64,000 bases of DNA. It comes from an uncultured Desulfurococcaceae archaeon. Lineage in GTDB: Archaea; Thermoproteota; Thermoprotei_A; Sulfolobales; NBVN01. Below are positions 38,875-47,474 of this stretch, piece after piece. The position numbers and the translations under genes are program-made. Positions within the stretch are counted from its first letter, which is position 1. Each line of letters begins with the position of its first letter. The notes beneath the pieces were generated by a model that saw only the letters and a list, made by a program, of their open reading frames with translations, did no database searches and was not told the origin of the DNA. Location of the stretch: NCBI GenBank assembly GCA_964399035.1, contig CAYNPH010000009.1, positions 73,846-137,845 of the forward strand. Direction: 5' to 3'.

Positions 38875-39045
38875 TAAAGGTGCCACTCCAGTTAATTCAT
38901 GTGGTTTTTATTGGCCACACCTAGGGAATTCCGCCTCGACTAAACGTCATCGGGTCATGGGCGACGGTCGAGACCAACGGCACGGTCCCCCATCTAGGGG
39001 ACCCCATGGGGCTTGGAGCACAGCTCCCAACCCATAGAGCTTACT
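38875..39045. ncRNA. Candidate structured non-coding RNA of unknown class (GC-rich intergenic element)
   Basis: A 318-nt ORF-free gap contains a GC-rich core with four or more stable hairpins:
- tgtgg/ccaca (38900-38919);
- ctcgac..cgtc/gacg..gtcgag (38935-38972);
- ggtcccc-catcta-ggggacc (38984-39003);
- ggagc-aca-gctcc (39015-39027).

A TATA-like gttataatgaa lies at about 38848. Strand and ends were not determined. Confidence 0.35.
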
Positions 39046-39135
39046 CATAGCAAAAAGATGTAATTTGATATATTTATAAGATTCTGCCCCACAAGAGCTT
39101 TTATTTCCCCCACGTAGTGTTAAGTGGGTTTCGCC

Positions 39136-39846
39136 ATGAGTGCCGCGGAAAAGGTCAAGCGGATTATTGAGGAAGCAAAGAAGGAAGGCAGAACAAAGCT
39201 ACTGGAACACGAAGCTTACGAGGTTCTTGCAGCATACAACTTGCCTGTCCCTAAAGCCGCGCTAGCTAAGAGTGAGGATGAAGCTGTTAAAATAGCCAAT
39301 GAAATAGGTTATCCCGTCGTACTCAAGATAGTGAGCCCCGACATTGTCCATAAGTCGGACGTGGGTGGAGTTAAGATCAACCTAAAGAACGAGGACGACG
39401 TGAGGAAGGCCTTCAAGAGTATCATGGGGAGCGTCAAGGAGAAAGCGCCTAATGCTAGAATTACTGGCATTCTAGTGCAGGAAATGGTTCCTGAGGGTCT
39501 CGAAGTAATAGTTGGCGCCACGCGGGATCCAACCTTCGGGCCAGTGCTGCTCTTTGGTTTAGGCGGGATCTTCGTGGAAGTACTTAAGGATGTGAGCTTT
39601 AGAATAGCACCAGTAACGAAGTACGACGCGGAAACCATGCTCAGTGAGATCAAAGCATCTAAACTGCTAGAGGGGTACAGAGGCATGCCACCTAGGGACA
39701 AGGAGGCGTTAGTTAACATCATAATAAACCTCTCAAGATTCATGGAGGAGCAGGATTCCGTGAGCGATGTTGACCTCAACCCGATAATGGCTTTCGAAGT
39801 TGGTAAGGGAGCTAAGATTGCTGACGCACGAGTACTGATAAAGTGA
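39136..39846 (+). CDS. ADP-forming acetyl-CoA synthetase beta-type subunit (ATP-grasp domain)
   Basis: LLEHEAYEVLAAYNLPVP...GYPVVLKIVSPDIVHKSDVGGVKINL...DVDLNPI is the typical AcdB / ATP-grasp_5 module. No alpha subunit lies in the window. ATG 39136 is preferred to GTG 39124. Confidence 0.7.
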   Translation: MSAAEKVKRIIEEAKKEGRTKLLEHEAYEVLAAYNLPVPKAALAKSEDEAVKIANEIGYPVVLKIVSPDIVHKSDVGGVKINLKNEDDVRKAFKSIMGSVKEKAPNARITGILVQEMVPEGLEVIVGATRDPTFGPVLLFGLGGIFVEVLKDVSFRIAPVTKYDAETMLSEIKASKLLEGYRGMPPRDKEALVNIIINLSRFMEEQDSVSDVDLNPIMAFEVGKGAKIADARVLIK

Positions 39847-39874
39847 CGCCTAAAATCTCTAGAAGGGTTGGATC

Positions 39875-40762
39875 TTGCAAAGCGTGAGCGATGAAGAGAA
39901 ACTCTTACAGCAAATAGACGAGCTACGGAGACAAATAAAGCACCTTAAAGAGCAGAGAGCCGAAGTAGCTTCAAGAATAAGGGAGCTAAAAGCCGAGAGG
40001 AGAGAGTTAATAGAGAGAATAAAGGGTTACAGGAGCGAGCTACAGAAGCTCCGTGAAACACTCAATGGACTTAAGGAGGAGCGCCAAGACCTAATAAGCC
40101 AGAGACGTGAGTTAATTAAGAGAATTAGACAAGTTAAGTCCGAATTATTCGCTAAGAAATCCGCATTAAGTAATGCTCGAAGCACCAACGTAACCATAGG
40201 GAAGATTAGAAGTAAGATCGACAGGCTTGAATGGAGGATAATCACAGAATCGCTCCCACTCGAGGAGGAAAACCGCATAATAAAGGAGATCGCTCGCCTA
40301 GAGGCGCTACTTGAAAAAGCCCTTGAAGCACGAAGAATGTACGAAGAATGTAAGGAACTCAGAGCAGAGTTGAAGAGTTTAATGATAGAGCTGAATGACA
40401 TAAATAAGAAAATCAATGACCTTTCAGAGAAAATAAACAGTATACGAAGTCGCATAGGGGCATTAAAAGAAGACGTAAATAATCTCCAACAAGAAATAGA
40501 TAGAAAAAGTAAAGAAATCATGGATAACGCACAGAGGTTAGCGGAGATAACAGAACAGCTTAATGAAGTCATACCTAAGTACCGTGAGGCTCAGAGCAAG
40601 CTACGTGAAATTAGGCTAGGTAGGAAGAAAGCTATGGAAGAAGCAATACTAAGTAAGAAACGTGAGGAGGCTGAACGAAAACTCAGAGAAGGAAAAAGAT
40701 TAACCATAGAGGATCTAAAGGTTCTCTATGGCTTAGGGAACGAAGAAAAATCAAATACATAG
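39875..40762 (+). CDS. Archaeal coiled-coil protein (COG1340-like)
   Basis: 295 aa, almost entirely heptad-type K/E/R/L-rich helix. TTG or GTG start. Confidence 0.55.
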   Translation: MQSVSDEEKLLQQIDELRRQIKHLKEQRAEVASRIRELKAERRELIERIKGYRSELQKLRETLNGLKEERQDLISQRRELIKRIRQVKSELFAKKSALSNARSTNVTIGKIRSKIDRLEWRIITESLPLEEENRIIKEIARLEALLEKALEARRMYEECKELRAELKSLMIELNDINKKINDLSEKINSIRSRIGALKEDVNNLQQEIDRKSKEIMDNAQRLAEITEQLNEVIPKYREAQSKLREIRLGRKKAMEEAILSKKREEAERKLREGKRLTIEDLKVLYGLGNEEKSNT

Positions 40763-40917
40763 TTATTTATCCTTAAAAGCCATAAACTATTGGCAATAAT
40801 TGATTAAGGAGCATTGTGGTGATTATAGGTTAATATAATTCTCAACATATAATACATGCGTGATTAAGGTTAATTAGTGATATTGATGAACCTTGATTTA
40901 GAACGGAGGCTTAGAGA

Positions 40918-41994
40918 GTGAGCGAGGAGCGTACCTTAGTGCTGGCAATAGATTTCGACGATGATTTAGGACGTGTTGGTATTAAAACTCCTATTGTAGG
41001 TTATAAGGAAGTTCTTGCAGCTGCGGAAAAATACGCGTTAGCTAGGCCTCAGGACGCGGACCTTAACACGATATTCACTGCTCTAAAGGTTTACAGAGAT
41101 TTAAAAAGTGAAGGTCACAATGTTGAGATAGCTTTAGTTGCCGGGCACGAGAAAGGAGGTGCTAGAGCCGGGCTTAAACTTAAGGAACGCTTAGAAAGCA
41201 TCGTTAAGCACCTCGGAATTACGTCAGCGGTCGTTGTTGTCGATAGTGCTGAGGATGAATCGGTGATGCCTATAGTTGAGTCTATAGTTAAGGTCGTAGC
41301 TGTTGAGAAGGTTGTTGTTGAGCAGTTAAGAGGGGTTGAGGAAACCTACGTTTTGTTGGGGCGATACATTAAGAAAGCCCTTGAGGAGACACGCTTTGCT
41401 AAGTTCTTCCTTGGGGTTCCTGGGTTATTAATACTTACATACGTGCTGGTTGCTAATAGCCCCTACAGCAAATACGCATCAGCACTAACCTTAACTATCT
41501 TGGGCCTAATCTTTGTAGCTAAAGGATTCGGGATAAGCGCCGGTATTTCAAAGTGGTGGAGGGCCTCTCCAATAACGAAGCTTTCCCTGATGCTCACTAT
41601 GGTTTCACTGAGCTTAACCGCTGTTATAACCTACACAACACTGTACTCTAGAGGATTTGCCTTTGATATAATCTCAATAGCTGTCTACATAAATAATATA
41701 GTCCCTTACGCCGTAGTGTCAGTAATTCCCTTGATTGCTGGGAGAATTGCCTTCAGAATACTCAAGAGATCCTTCAAGGTATGGAGGGAAATCATGGCAC
41801 TAGCGATACTGGCAATAATATATCAATTCTTCACCAACATGGCTAGGATTATTCTGGCGTCCGGAACCAGCAACCTGAGTGAGATAATGAGATTACTCAA
41901 CGAGAACTATCTTATCCAGACGTTAATACTGTACATAGGGATAATAATGACGGTATCCGTAACCATGTACGCCATAGAGAAAGAGCTAGTGTGA
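40918..41994 (+). CDS. DUF373-like membrane protein
   Basis: 358 aa. A soluble N-domain (LVLAIDFDDDLGRVGIKTPIVGY...) is followed by about 6 TM helices, which is the DUF373 architecture. Confidence 0.6.
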   Translation: MSEERTLVLAIDFDDDLGRVGIKTPIVGYKEVLAAAEKYALARPQDADLNTIFTALKVYRDLKSEGHNVEIALVAGHEKGGARAGLKLKERLESIVKHLGITSAVVVVDSAEDESVMPIVESIVKVVAVEKVVVEQLRGVEETYVLLGRYIKKALEETRFAKFFLGVPGLLILTYVLVANSPYSKYASALTLTILGLIFVAKGFGISAGISKWWRASPITKLSLMLTMVSLSLTAVITYTTLYSRGFAFDIISIAVYINNIVPYAVVSVIPLIAGRIAFRILKRSFKVWREIMALAILAIIYQFFTNMARIILASGTSNLSEIMRLLNENYLIQTLILYIGIIMTVSVTMYAIEKELV

Positions 41995-42009
41995 TTACCA
42001 CTCATTCAC

Positions 42010-42858
42010 TCACTTCCCAAAACGTCGTTCCCTTCTCTGGTACGACCTTATCGCTCTCCAGAGGTCTATCTTCCTGAACTCGGGCCAGTACGCTTCACAG
42101 AAATACAGTTCACTGTAGGCTATCTGCCACAAGAGGAAATTGCTGACACGTAACTCGCCGGAGGTTCTGATAACTAAGTCGGGCTCGTCAAGCCCGTTCA
42201 GCTTCAGGTGCGACGTTGAAAGGTATTTTCTGAAGACTTCCTCAGTTATTTCTTCAGGCTTAACCTTACCTTTTAGGATATCCTCGGCTAATAGCCGAAC
42301 GGCTGATACTATTTCTTGGCGCCCACCATAGCAGAGGGCCACGTTTAGGTATCTCTCATTGTAGTGCTTACTACGTTCTTCAATCACCTTTATTTTCTCA
42401 CGAATGTTTGGAGGTATGATATCTAGTCTCCCGATGAATTTTACCCTTATTTTCCTCTCATCAATCACTCCCTCCTCAAGCATCTCACTTATGCCCCGCT
42501 CGAGTAACGAAAGTAAGTGTTCCCGTTCTCTTTTTGATCTCTTAGTACAGTTCTCATATGACATAGCATATATCGTGACGGCCTTCACACCGAGATCCCA
42601 TAACCAGTCCAGCACCTCCTTTAATCGCTCATAACCATATTCATGACCCTCTATAGGGTCAAATCCTAAGAAGCGGGCCCATCTCCTGTTTCCGTCAGGT
42701 ATTATCGCTACGTGCCTAGGTATGGGACCGCCAGATATTTGTGACCATAACCAAAGCTCATATAACTTATACACAGGCCTCAAGAGCGGATCAACGACAC
42801 GCTGAAGCCTTCTCAGCACCCTTGCTACTACTTCCTTTCTCTTCCCTGTACTCGTCAT
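42010..42858 (-). CDS. uppS: Undecaprenyl-diphosphate synthase family cis-prenyltransferase
   Basis: [23 protein letters not shown] and [23 protein letters not shown] are canonical UPPS motifs. Confidence 0.85.
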
Positions 42859-42926
42859 GCTCTCGTAGGTCTTTCCCGTTAAAAGCTTTTAAGGGATATC
42901 GTCCACAAAGCTCTGGGCTGGAGTCA

Positions 42927-43325
42927 ATGGGCATCTACCAAGGAAAGGATCTCCGGAAAATAACGGGCGGCAGGAGGAGACCTCATAGGAAGAACAGAAA
43001 GTATGAGTTAGGTCGATTCCCCACATTAACTATGGTTAGTACCAAGGAGAAGGTTGTCACAATCAGAGTGCGTGGAGGAAACGTGAAGATCAGGCTAAAG
43101 AGGGCGAAGTATGCGAATGTTATTGACCCTGAAACAGGGGAAGCGAAGAAGGCAGAGATTCTGAGGGTCGTGGAGACCCCCGCTAACCGTGAGTATGCTC
43201 GGAGAAGCATAATTACTAAGGGTGCCATCATAGAGACTTCAGAGGGACTTGCTAAGGTGACTTCAAGACCTGGACAGGATGGTGTGGTTAACGCCGTCCT
43301 TTTAAAGGAGGAAGCTGAGGCCTAA
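42927..43325 (+). CDS. rps8e: 30S ribosomal protein S8e
   Basis: [30 protein letters not shown]... I take the true start at ATG 42927. The ORF-track extension from 42741 overlaps uppS on the opposite strand. Confidence 0.9.
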
Positions 43326-43469
43326 GTACATAGGCCTACTGTTTAAAATTCAGTAATCTTGCTACTTGTAGTTAGCTTCATCATGTACTACTTACGTTAA
43401 GGAAACGGCTTAGACCAGCGTAAACTCTTATTGAGCATGTTACCCTAATTGGATTATGTGGGGAAATAC

Positions 43470-43769
43470 ATGGCTATAAAGGACATAATAATTTGGCCTG
43501 AGTATCTGGACGCTAGACTCTCTAGAAAAGCTGGGAGGCGTATCCCGAAATCAATGGCGATACACCCTCTACGTAAAGAGGACATATTACTTGCTTGTAA
43601 ATCGATAGGTGTGTCCTGCGAAATAGAGGAGGGGAAGTATTACCCTAGACTGTGGCATTCGTCTTATGGTTTTAGAATAATAGTGCGTATAGACGAAAAC
43701 CGAGGAGTTAGCAAGGAAGCACTCATACGCATGCTTGCTGAGGCACTTAGTAAGGTTAAGGGCTGTTGA
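43470..43769 (+). CDS. srp19: Signal recognition particle protein SRP19
   Basis: MAIKDIIIWPEYLDARLSRKAGRRIPK is the typical SRP19 N-terminus (IWPxYxD...SRxxGRR). Confidence 0.8.
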   Translation: MAIKDIIIWPEYLDARLSRKAGRRIPKSMAIHPLRKEDILLACKSIGVSCEIEEGKYYPRLWHSSYGFRIIVRIDENRGVSKEALIRMLAEALSKVKGC

Positions 43770-43962
43770 TTTATTTATTAGTACCTCGGTAATACCGAGT
43801 AGGTACTACTCTGTAGCTGTAACGTCTTGAGAAAATACGTTATCCTTAAATTTGTCCTTCTTAAGGTATTACCACCTTAAGTATTTATCCCACATAGTTT
43901 TTGGAAGGGGATAGAGGCTGATTAAGCTCGGTTATTTTATACATAAGACACCGACAGGGAGA

Positions 43963-44178
43963 TTGCTCGTCAAGATGACCACCATGAAGCCACCGCGGAT
44001 AGGTAGCATTGTTATTGATTCTGGGGGACGCGAAGTCGGAATACTCGTGGATATAATAGGTCCCGTTAGGGGTCCATACGCCGTAGTCAGACCCTTAAGA
44101 GAGGGTGTTGAGGTGGATCCTCATAGTGTTTTGTTCGTTAAACCTAAACCAAAACGTCGTAGGAGGGTTAGGAAATGA
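43963..44178 (+). CDS. gar1: H/ACA RNP protein Gar1 (coordinates from the first canonical start; homology continues upstream to about 43918)
   Basis: VGILVDIIGPVRGPYAVVRP and the basic tail KPKPKRRRRVRK are typical of Gar1. It overlaps tfb by 4 nt, the conserved gar1-tfb pair. See the finding on the start codon. Confidence 0.75.
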   Translation: MLVKMTTMKPPRIGSIVIDSGGREVGILVDIIGPVRGPYAVVRPLREGVEVDPHSVLFVKPKPKRRRRVRK

Positions 44179-45053
44179 TTGAGGAATTCAAATCTAGATG
44201 TCCTTCAGGTGATATAATATACGATGAGTCCAGGGGAGAAGTAATATGCGCTGAGACGGGGGAGGTGCTCGCAGAGCATATCGTCGACCTCCAGCCTGAA
44301 TGGCGGGCCTTTAGCTACGAAGATTCCCTAGCACGTGAACGCGTCGGTGCCCCAATGACCGAGAAAGTGCATGACCGCGGTCTTCACTCAGTAATAGATC
44401 AGAAGTCACAACAGGGTAGGAAGCTCGAAAGATTAAACAGAAGAATACGTGCATCCGGGAAAATGCGGCGCCTAGTCCGGGCATTACGCTTAATGAATAG
44501 TGTAATAGGGAGCTTGAATTTACCCAACGCAGCGGAACTCCGTGAGGAGGCAGGAAACATCATACGTAAATTGCATGCGGCAGGTCTGATAAAGAAGAAG
44601 AACATGCGTGCGATGGTCGCCGCATCGATAGTAATAGCCACTAGGAACCTCAACACCCCTGTCGAGCAGGCTGAGATCGCTAGGAGATGCATGGTAACGT
44701 TCCAGGATCTATGGAATGCCGAAATGAAAATCAGGCGCGACTCAGATAGCGTGATCAGGGTGAAGCCACTAGATCCCAGAAGGTACGTCGAGTCTATGGC
44801 CAACAAACTTAAGCTTTCACACCACACCACAATGCTTGCGTGGAAGATAATCACCATAGCTAAGCGCGATGGTTTAACCTCAGGGAAGGGGCCAAAAGGT
44901 GTTGCTGCAGCCTCACTCTATATAGCGTCAATACTCCTAGATGAAAGAAAGACGCAAAAGGAGGTTTCTAGGAAAGTAGACGTCTCCGAGGTAACCATAC
45001 GTAACCGGTACCGCGACCTAATAGACAACCTCCTCATAGTGGTCGATATCTAA
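44175..45053 (+). CDS. tfb: Transcription initiation factor IIB (TFB), with only two of four Zn-ribbon cysteines
   Basis: 292 aa with LQPEWRAF, the B-reader/linker and two cyclin folds. The ribbon reads CPSG...CAETG instead of CPxCG...CxxCG. Confidence 0.85.
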   Translation: MIEEFKSRCPSGDIIYDESRGEVICAETGEVLAEHIVDLQPEWRAFSYEDSLARERVGAPMTEKVHDRGLHSVIDQKSQQGRKLERLNRRIRASGKMRRLVRALRLMNSVIGSLNLPNAAELREEAGNIIRKLHAAGLIKKKNMRAMVAASIVIATRNLNTPVEQAEIARRCMVTFQDLWNAEMKIRRDSDSVIRVKPLDPRRYVESMANKLKLSHHTTMLAWKIITIAKRDGLTSGKGPKGVAAASLYIASILLDERKTQKEVSRKVDVSEVTIRNRYRDLIDNLLIVVDI

Positions 45054-45166
45054 TTTTCTAGAAACAAAAGGTCCACAGTACTTTCGTTGTCAACCCGCAA
45101 CCGTGTGATGATCTCAATATTAACATTAATTTTCTTCTAAAGCTTGCTACCTACATTATAGGGGCG

Positions 45167-46390
45167 ATGGTGATGGGCTTGCAAGAGTTAATCATCATTA
45201 GGGAAGGAAAGGCGTTGCTGAAGGTACCTAACCCTGAAAAGTACCGCAGAAGCGACGGAGTGTATGAACCCTCGTGGGCTCCTGTTTTCTATAATCCCAA
45301 GCAGGTACTTAACAGGGACCTATCCATACTTGCACTTAATGTGCTTACTGCATTATCTGGTTTTAGCGACCTCCGAATTCTTGATGCTTTAGCTGGAAGC
45401 GGCGTTAGAGCCCTTAGGTATTATCTAGAAGTTCCTAACGTATCGTTAGCCATAGCTAACGACATAGATATGAATGCATTTACTGTAATAAAGGAGAACA
45501 TCAAGCTGAATAGTGCTGAGTCTGTTGTTAAGGCCTGTAAACTCGACGCCAATGCCCTAATGTACCTTTGGAAATCCTTGGGGAGAACGTTTGAGTTCAT
45601 TGACATAGACCCGTTTGGATCCCCAGCACCTTTCGTTAGATCATCACTTTGGTGTGTACGAAGAAACGGTGCCGTTGGCTACACCGCCACCGATACCGCG
45701 CCCTTGAGTGGCGTTAAGTGGGTTGCTGGCTCAAGGAAGTACGATGTTAGATTAATTAAAACCGATATCCCCCACGAGGTGGGGTTACGTGTACTGCTGG
45801 GGTATATCTGCAGACGCGCAGCTGAAATCGACAGATACATCGAACCCCTGATAACGTTCGCAAAGCACCACTATTTCAGGACGATCGTCCAGGTAAGGAA
45901 GGGCGCTAGTAAAGCATCCGAGGTCTTGGATAAGTGCTTAGGGTACCTAGCGTATTGCAGAAAGTGTTACTATAGAGAAGTGGTATCGATCAACGACATT
46001 CCCCATAATCCTCTATGTCCGTCCTGTGGAGAGCGGCTAGTAACTGTAGGTCCATTATGGACATGTAACTTGTTTCATGAGGACTTCCTAGGTCATATGT
46101 TAAATCTCGTTAAGAGTTCTGAATACGAATATCTCCCTACCCAGCGGGACTCCCGCAAGTTACTAGAGTTGCTGATTGCGGAATCCCAAGTTAATGGTTT
46201 AACTTATAATGTGTCGTCTCCTGCGAGGATTAGGAAGATAGATATGCCGCCTACTACCGCCGTTATTGAATGCTTGAAGTCACGCGGGTTGAAGGCCTCA
46301 CGGACACACCTCGGTGGGCAATTCATAAGAACTAACGCGTCATGGATGAACTTTGCTGAGTGCGTGGCTAATGGCTACCATTCTCAATAA
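45167..46390 (+). CDS. trm1: tRNA (guanine26-N2)-dimethyltransferase Trm1
   Basis: FYNPKQVLNRDLS, DALAGSGVRALRY, IDIDPFGSPAPF and the C-terminal CxxC...CPSCG region are Trm1 signatures. Confidence 0.85.
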   Translation: MVMGLQELIIIREGKALLKVPNPEKYRRSDGVYEPSWAPVFYNPKQVLNRDLSILALNVLTALSGFSDLRILDALAGSGVRALRYYLEVPNVSLAIANDIDMNAFTVIKENIKLNSAESVVKACKLDANALMYLWKSLGRTFEFIDIDPFGSPAPFVRSSLWCVRRNGAVGYTATDTAPLSGVKWVAGSRKYDVRLIKTDIPHEVGLRVLLGYICRRAAEIDRYIEPLITFAKHHYFRTIVQVRKGASKASEVLDKCLGYLAYCRKCYYREVVSINDIPHNPLCPSCGERLVTVGPLWTCNLFHEDFLGHMLNLVKSSEYEYLPTQRDSRKLLELLIAESQVNGLTYNVSSPARIRKIDMPPTTAVIECLKSRGLKASRTHLGGQFIRTNASWMNFAECVANGYHSQ

Positions 46391-46739
46391 AATGCGACAG
46401 GAAGAGACACTTGTACGGGTTATAATATCCGCCCATTCCGCATCTCAGCAATTCTCTGCAAGTAAAGCATGGGATGTACATTACTGGGTTTAACTTAACG
46501 ACTATGCTCAGCTTTGCTGACTTTACTGGGCTGTATATTAACTTGTAGGTCCTGCGCCCTTTGAATGTTACAGGCTCCCTCTTTATGAGTCCCTTACGAA
46601 CAAGTCCTAGCACTATCTTGGTTCCTTCCCTGTTGTCTATACCAAGCATTGACCAAAGAGTACTCTGTATTACACCACCTTCCTTCTCTGTCTTGCTCTT
46701 TATTATCTCCAGTATCTTCGACTCTAGTGAGACTTCCAT
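46368..46739 (-). CDS. Winged-helix protein with C-terminal 4-Cys motif (TFE-beta / RPC34-like candidate)
   Basis: 123 aa. The wHTH is STLWSMLGIDNREGTKIVLGLVRKGLIKRE. It is followed by CFTCRELLRC...YKC (4 Cys), an architecture resembling the archaeal TFE-beta FeS domain. The assignment was not verified. Confidence 0.45.
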   Translation of the reverse strand: MEVSLESKILEIIKSKTEKEGGVIQSTLWSMLGIDNREGTKIVLGLVRKGLIKREPVTFKGRRTYKLIYSPVKSAKLSIVVKLNPVMYIPCFTCRELLRCGMGGYYNPYKCLFLSHFIENGSH

Positions 46740-46831
46740 TACCGTAACCCCACCCTCACCTTGATAAACTCTGTTCTGACGCTAATATAGGTTAATCAGG
46801 TTATGATGCCATAGCTTGGTATTATTGTACT

Positions 46832-47383
46832 TCATTTTTTCTTTTTAACACTATTTGCAATAATATCCGCTATTAAGTTGGGTAATTCTACCCTATTATC
46901 TTCGGTTACCCAGAAGAGCCTATGCTCGCCCTTCACTAGGTTACCTATGTTGCTAGCTAATCTTCTATGCAGGACTATTAAGGCAATAACCTGAGGGTTC
47001 TTCAAAATTCTCTCCATACATCTTCTTAGCTTAGCTAGTTTAAGTTCCATAGGACCGACCTCGTCTATCCCAACAACGTCTGCTGCACGCAAAGCTACGT
47101 CAATAGCTTTACACCCTACGGTCACCGCATCCTCTAAGACGCAGTACTTACCAACCTTTGCAACGCAAACACCGGGTAGGTTAGGTCCGGATACTCTCGC
47201 GAGAGGTGAGCACTCCCCGCTTAGTATGTCAATGATATCAAACCCCACTCTTACGCCTCCCCTTCTGATCTCAGGACATACGAAGCCCCCAACTGTAATA
47301 CCCTTATCTCTCAGCAATTCTATGGTCTTGCTAAAGACCGTGGTTTTACCTACGCCAGGTCGCCCAGTAATTATTACCTTCAT
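46832..47383 (-). CDS. Nucleoside-triphosphatase THEP1-like (COG1618)
   Basis: MKVIITGRPGVGKTTVF Walker A, GFVCPEIRRGGVRVGFDIIDI and IDEVGPMEL. Confidence 0.75.
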   Translation of the reverse strand: MKVIITGRPGVGKTTVFSKTIELLRDKGITVGGFVCPEIRRGGVRVGFDIIDILSGECSPLARVSGPNLPGVCVAKVGKYCVLEDAVTVGCKAIDVALRAADVVGIDEVGPMELKLAKLRRCMERILKNPQVIALIVLHRRLASNIGNLVKGEHRLFWVTEDNRVELPNLIADIIANSVKKKK

Positions 47384-47474
47384 CGGCTATCAGTCCCTGC
47401 GAGTAATTACTCTAGCATAAGTTAATTTGGGTTTACGCATGGTAAATGTTGAGAGTTACCTTAAGTATAAGGTT

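Noticed and set aside
38875-39045. Whether the GC-rich element is RNase P RNA, SRP RNA or a split-tRNA half.
   Set aside because: - RNase P RNA: AGGGAATTCCGCC and ACAGCTCCC...GCTTAC vaguely resemble CR-I/CR-V, but the required P4 complementarity is absent on either strand.
- SRP RNA: there is no helix-8 GGAAGGGAGCA-type motif and the element is too short.
- tRNA half: there is no T-arm GTTCRAATC.

The element is kept only as an unknown structured RNA candidate.
39309-40572. Long antisense ORFs: 39309..39779(-) inside acdB and 40027..40572(-) inside the coiled-coil gene. Similar ones occur at 4997..5395, 27877..28398, 33444..34043, 28725..29213 and 18188..18658.
   Set aside because: All lie opposite strongly supported genes. 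They have S/L/R/P-rich compositions typical of reverse-frame translation and no recognisable motifs.
43350-43384. Minus-strand AUGAUGA ... CUGA pair between rps8e and srp19, as a possible C/D sRNA.
   Set aside because: The boxes are only 24 nt apart, too short for C/D'/C'/D architecture. There is no terminal stem and no internal boxes.
45105-45111. Isolated GTGATGA C-box-like heptamers in spacers: 45105-45111 upstream of trm1, 59111-59117 in the gcvP/gcvT spacer, and 3898-3904 just before cdc48.
   Set aside because: No CUGA D box lies at a compatible distance downstream and no terminal stem is present. These are probably chance occurrences or part of promoters or leaders.
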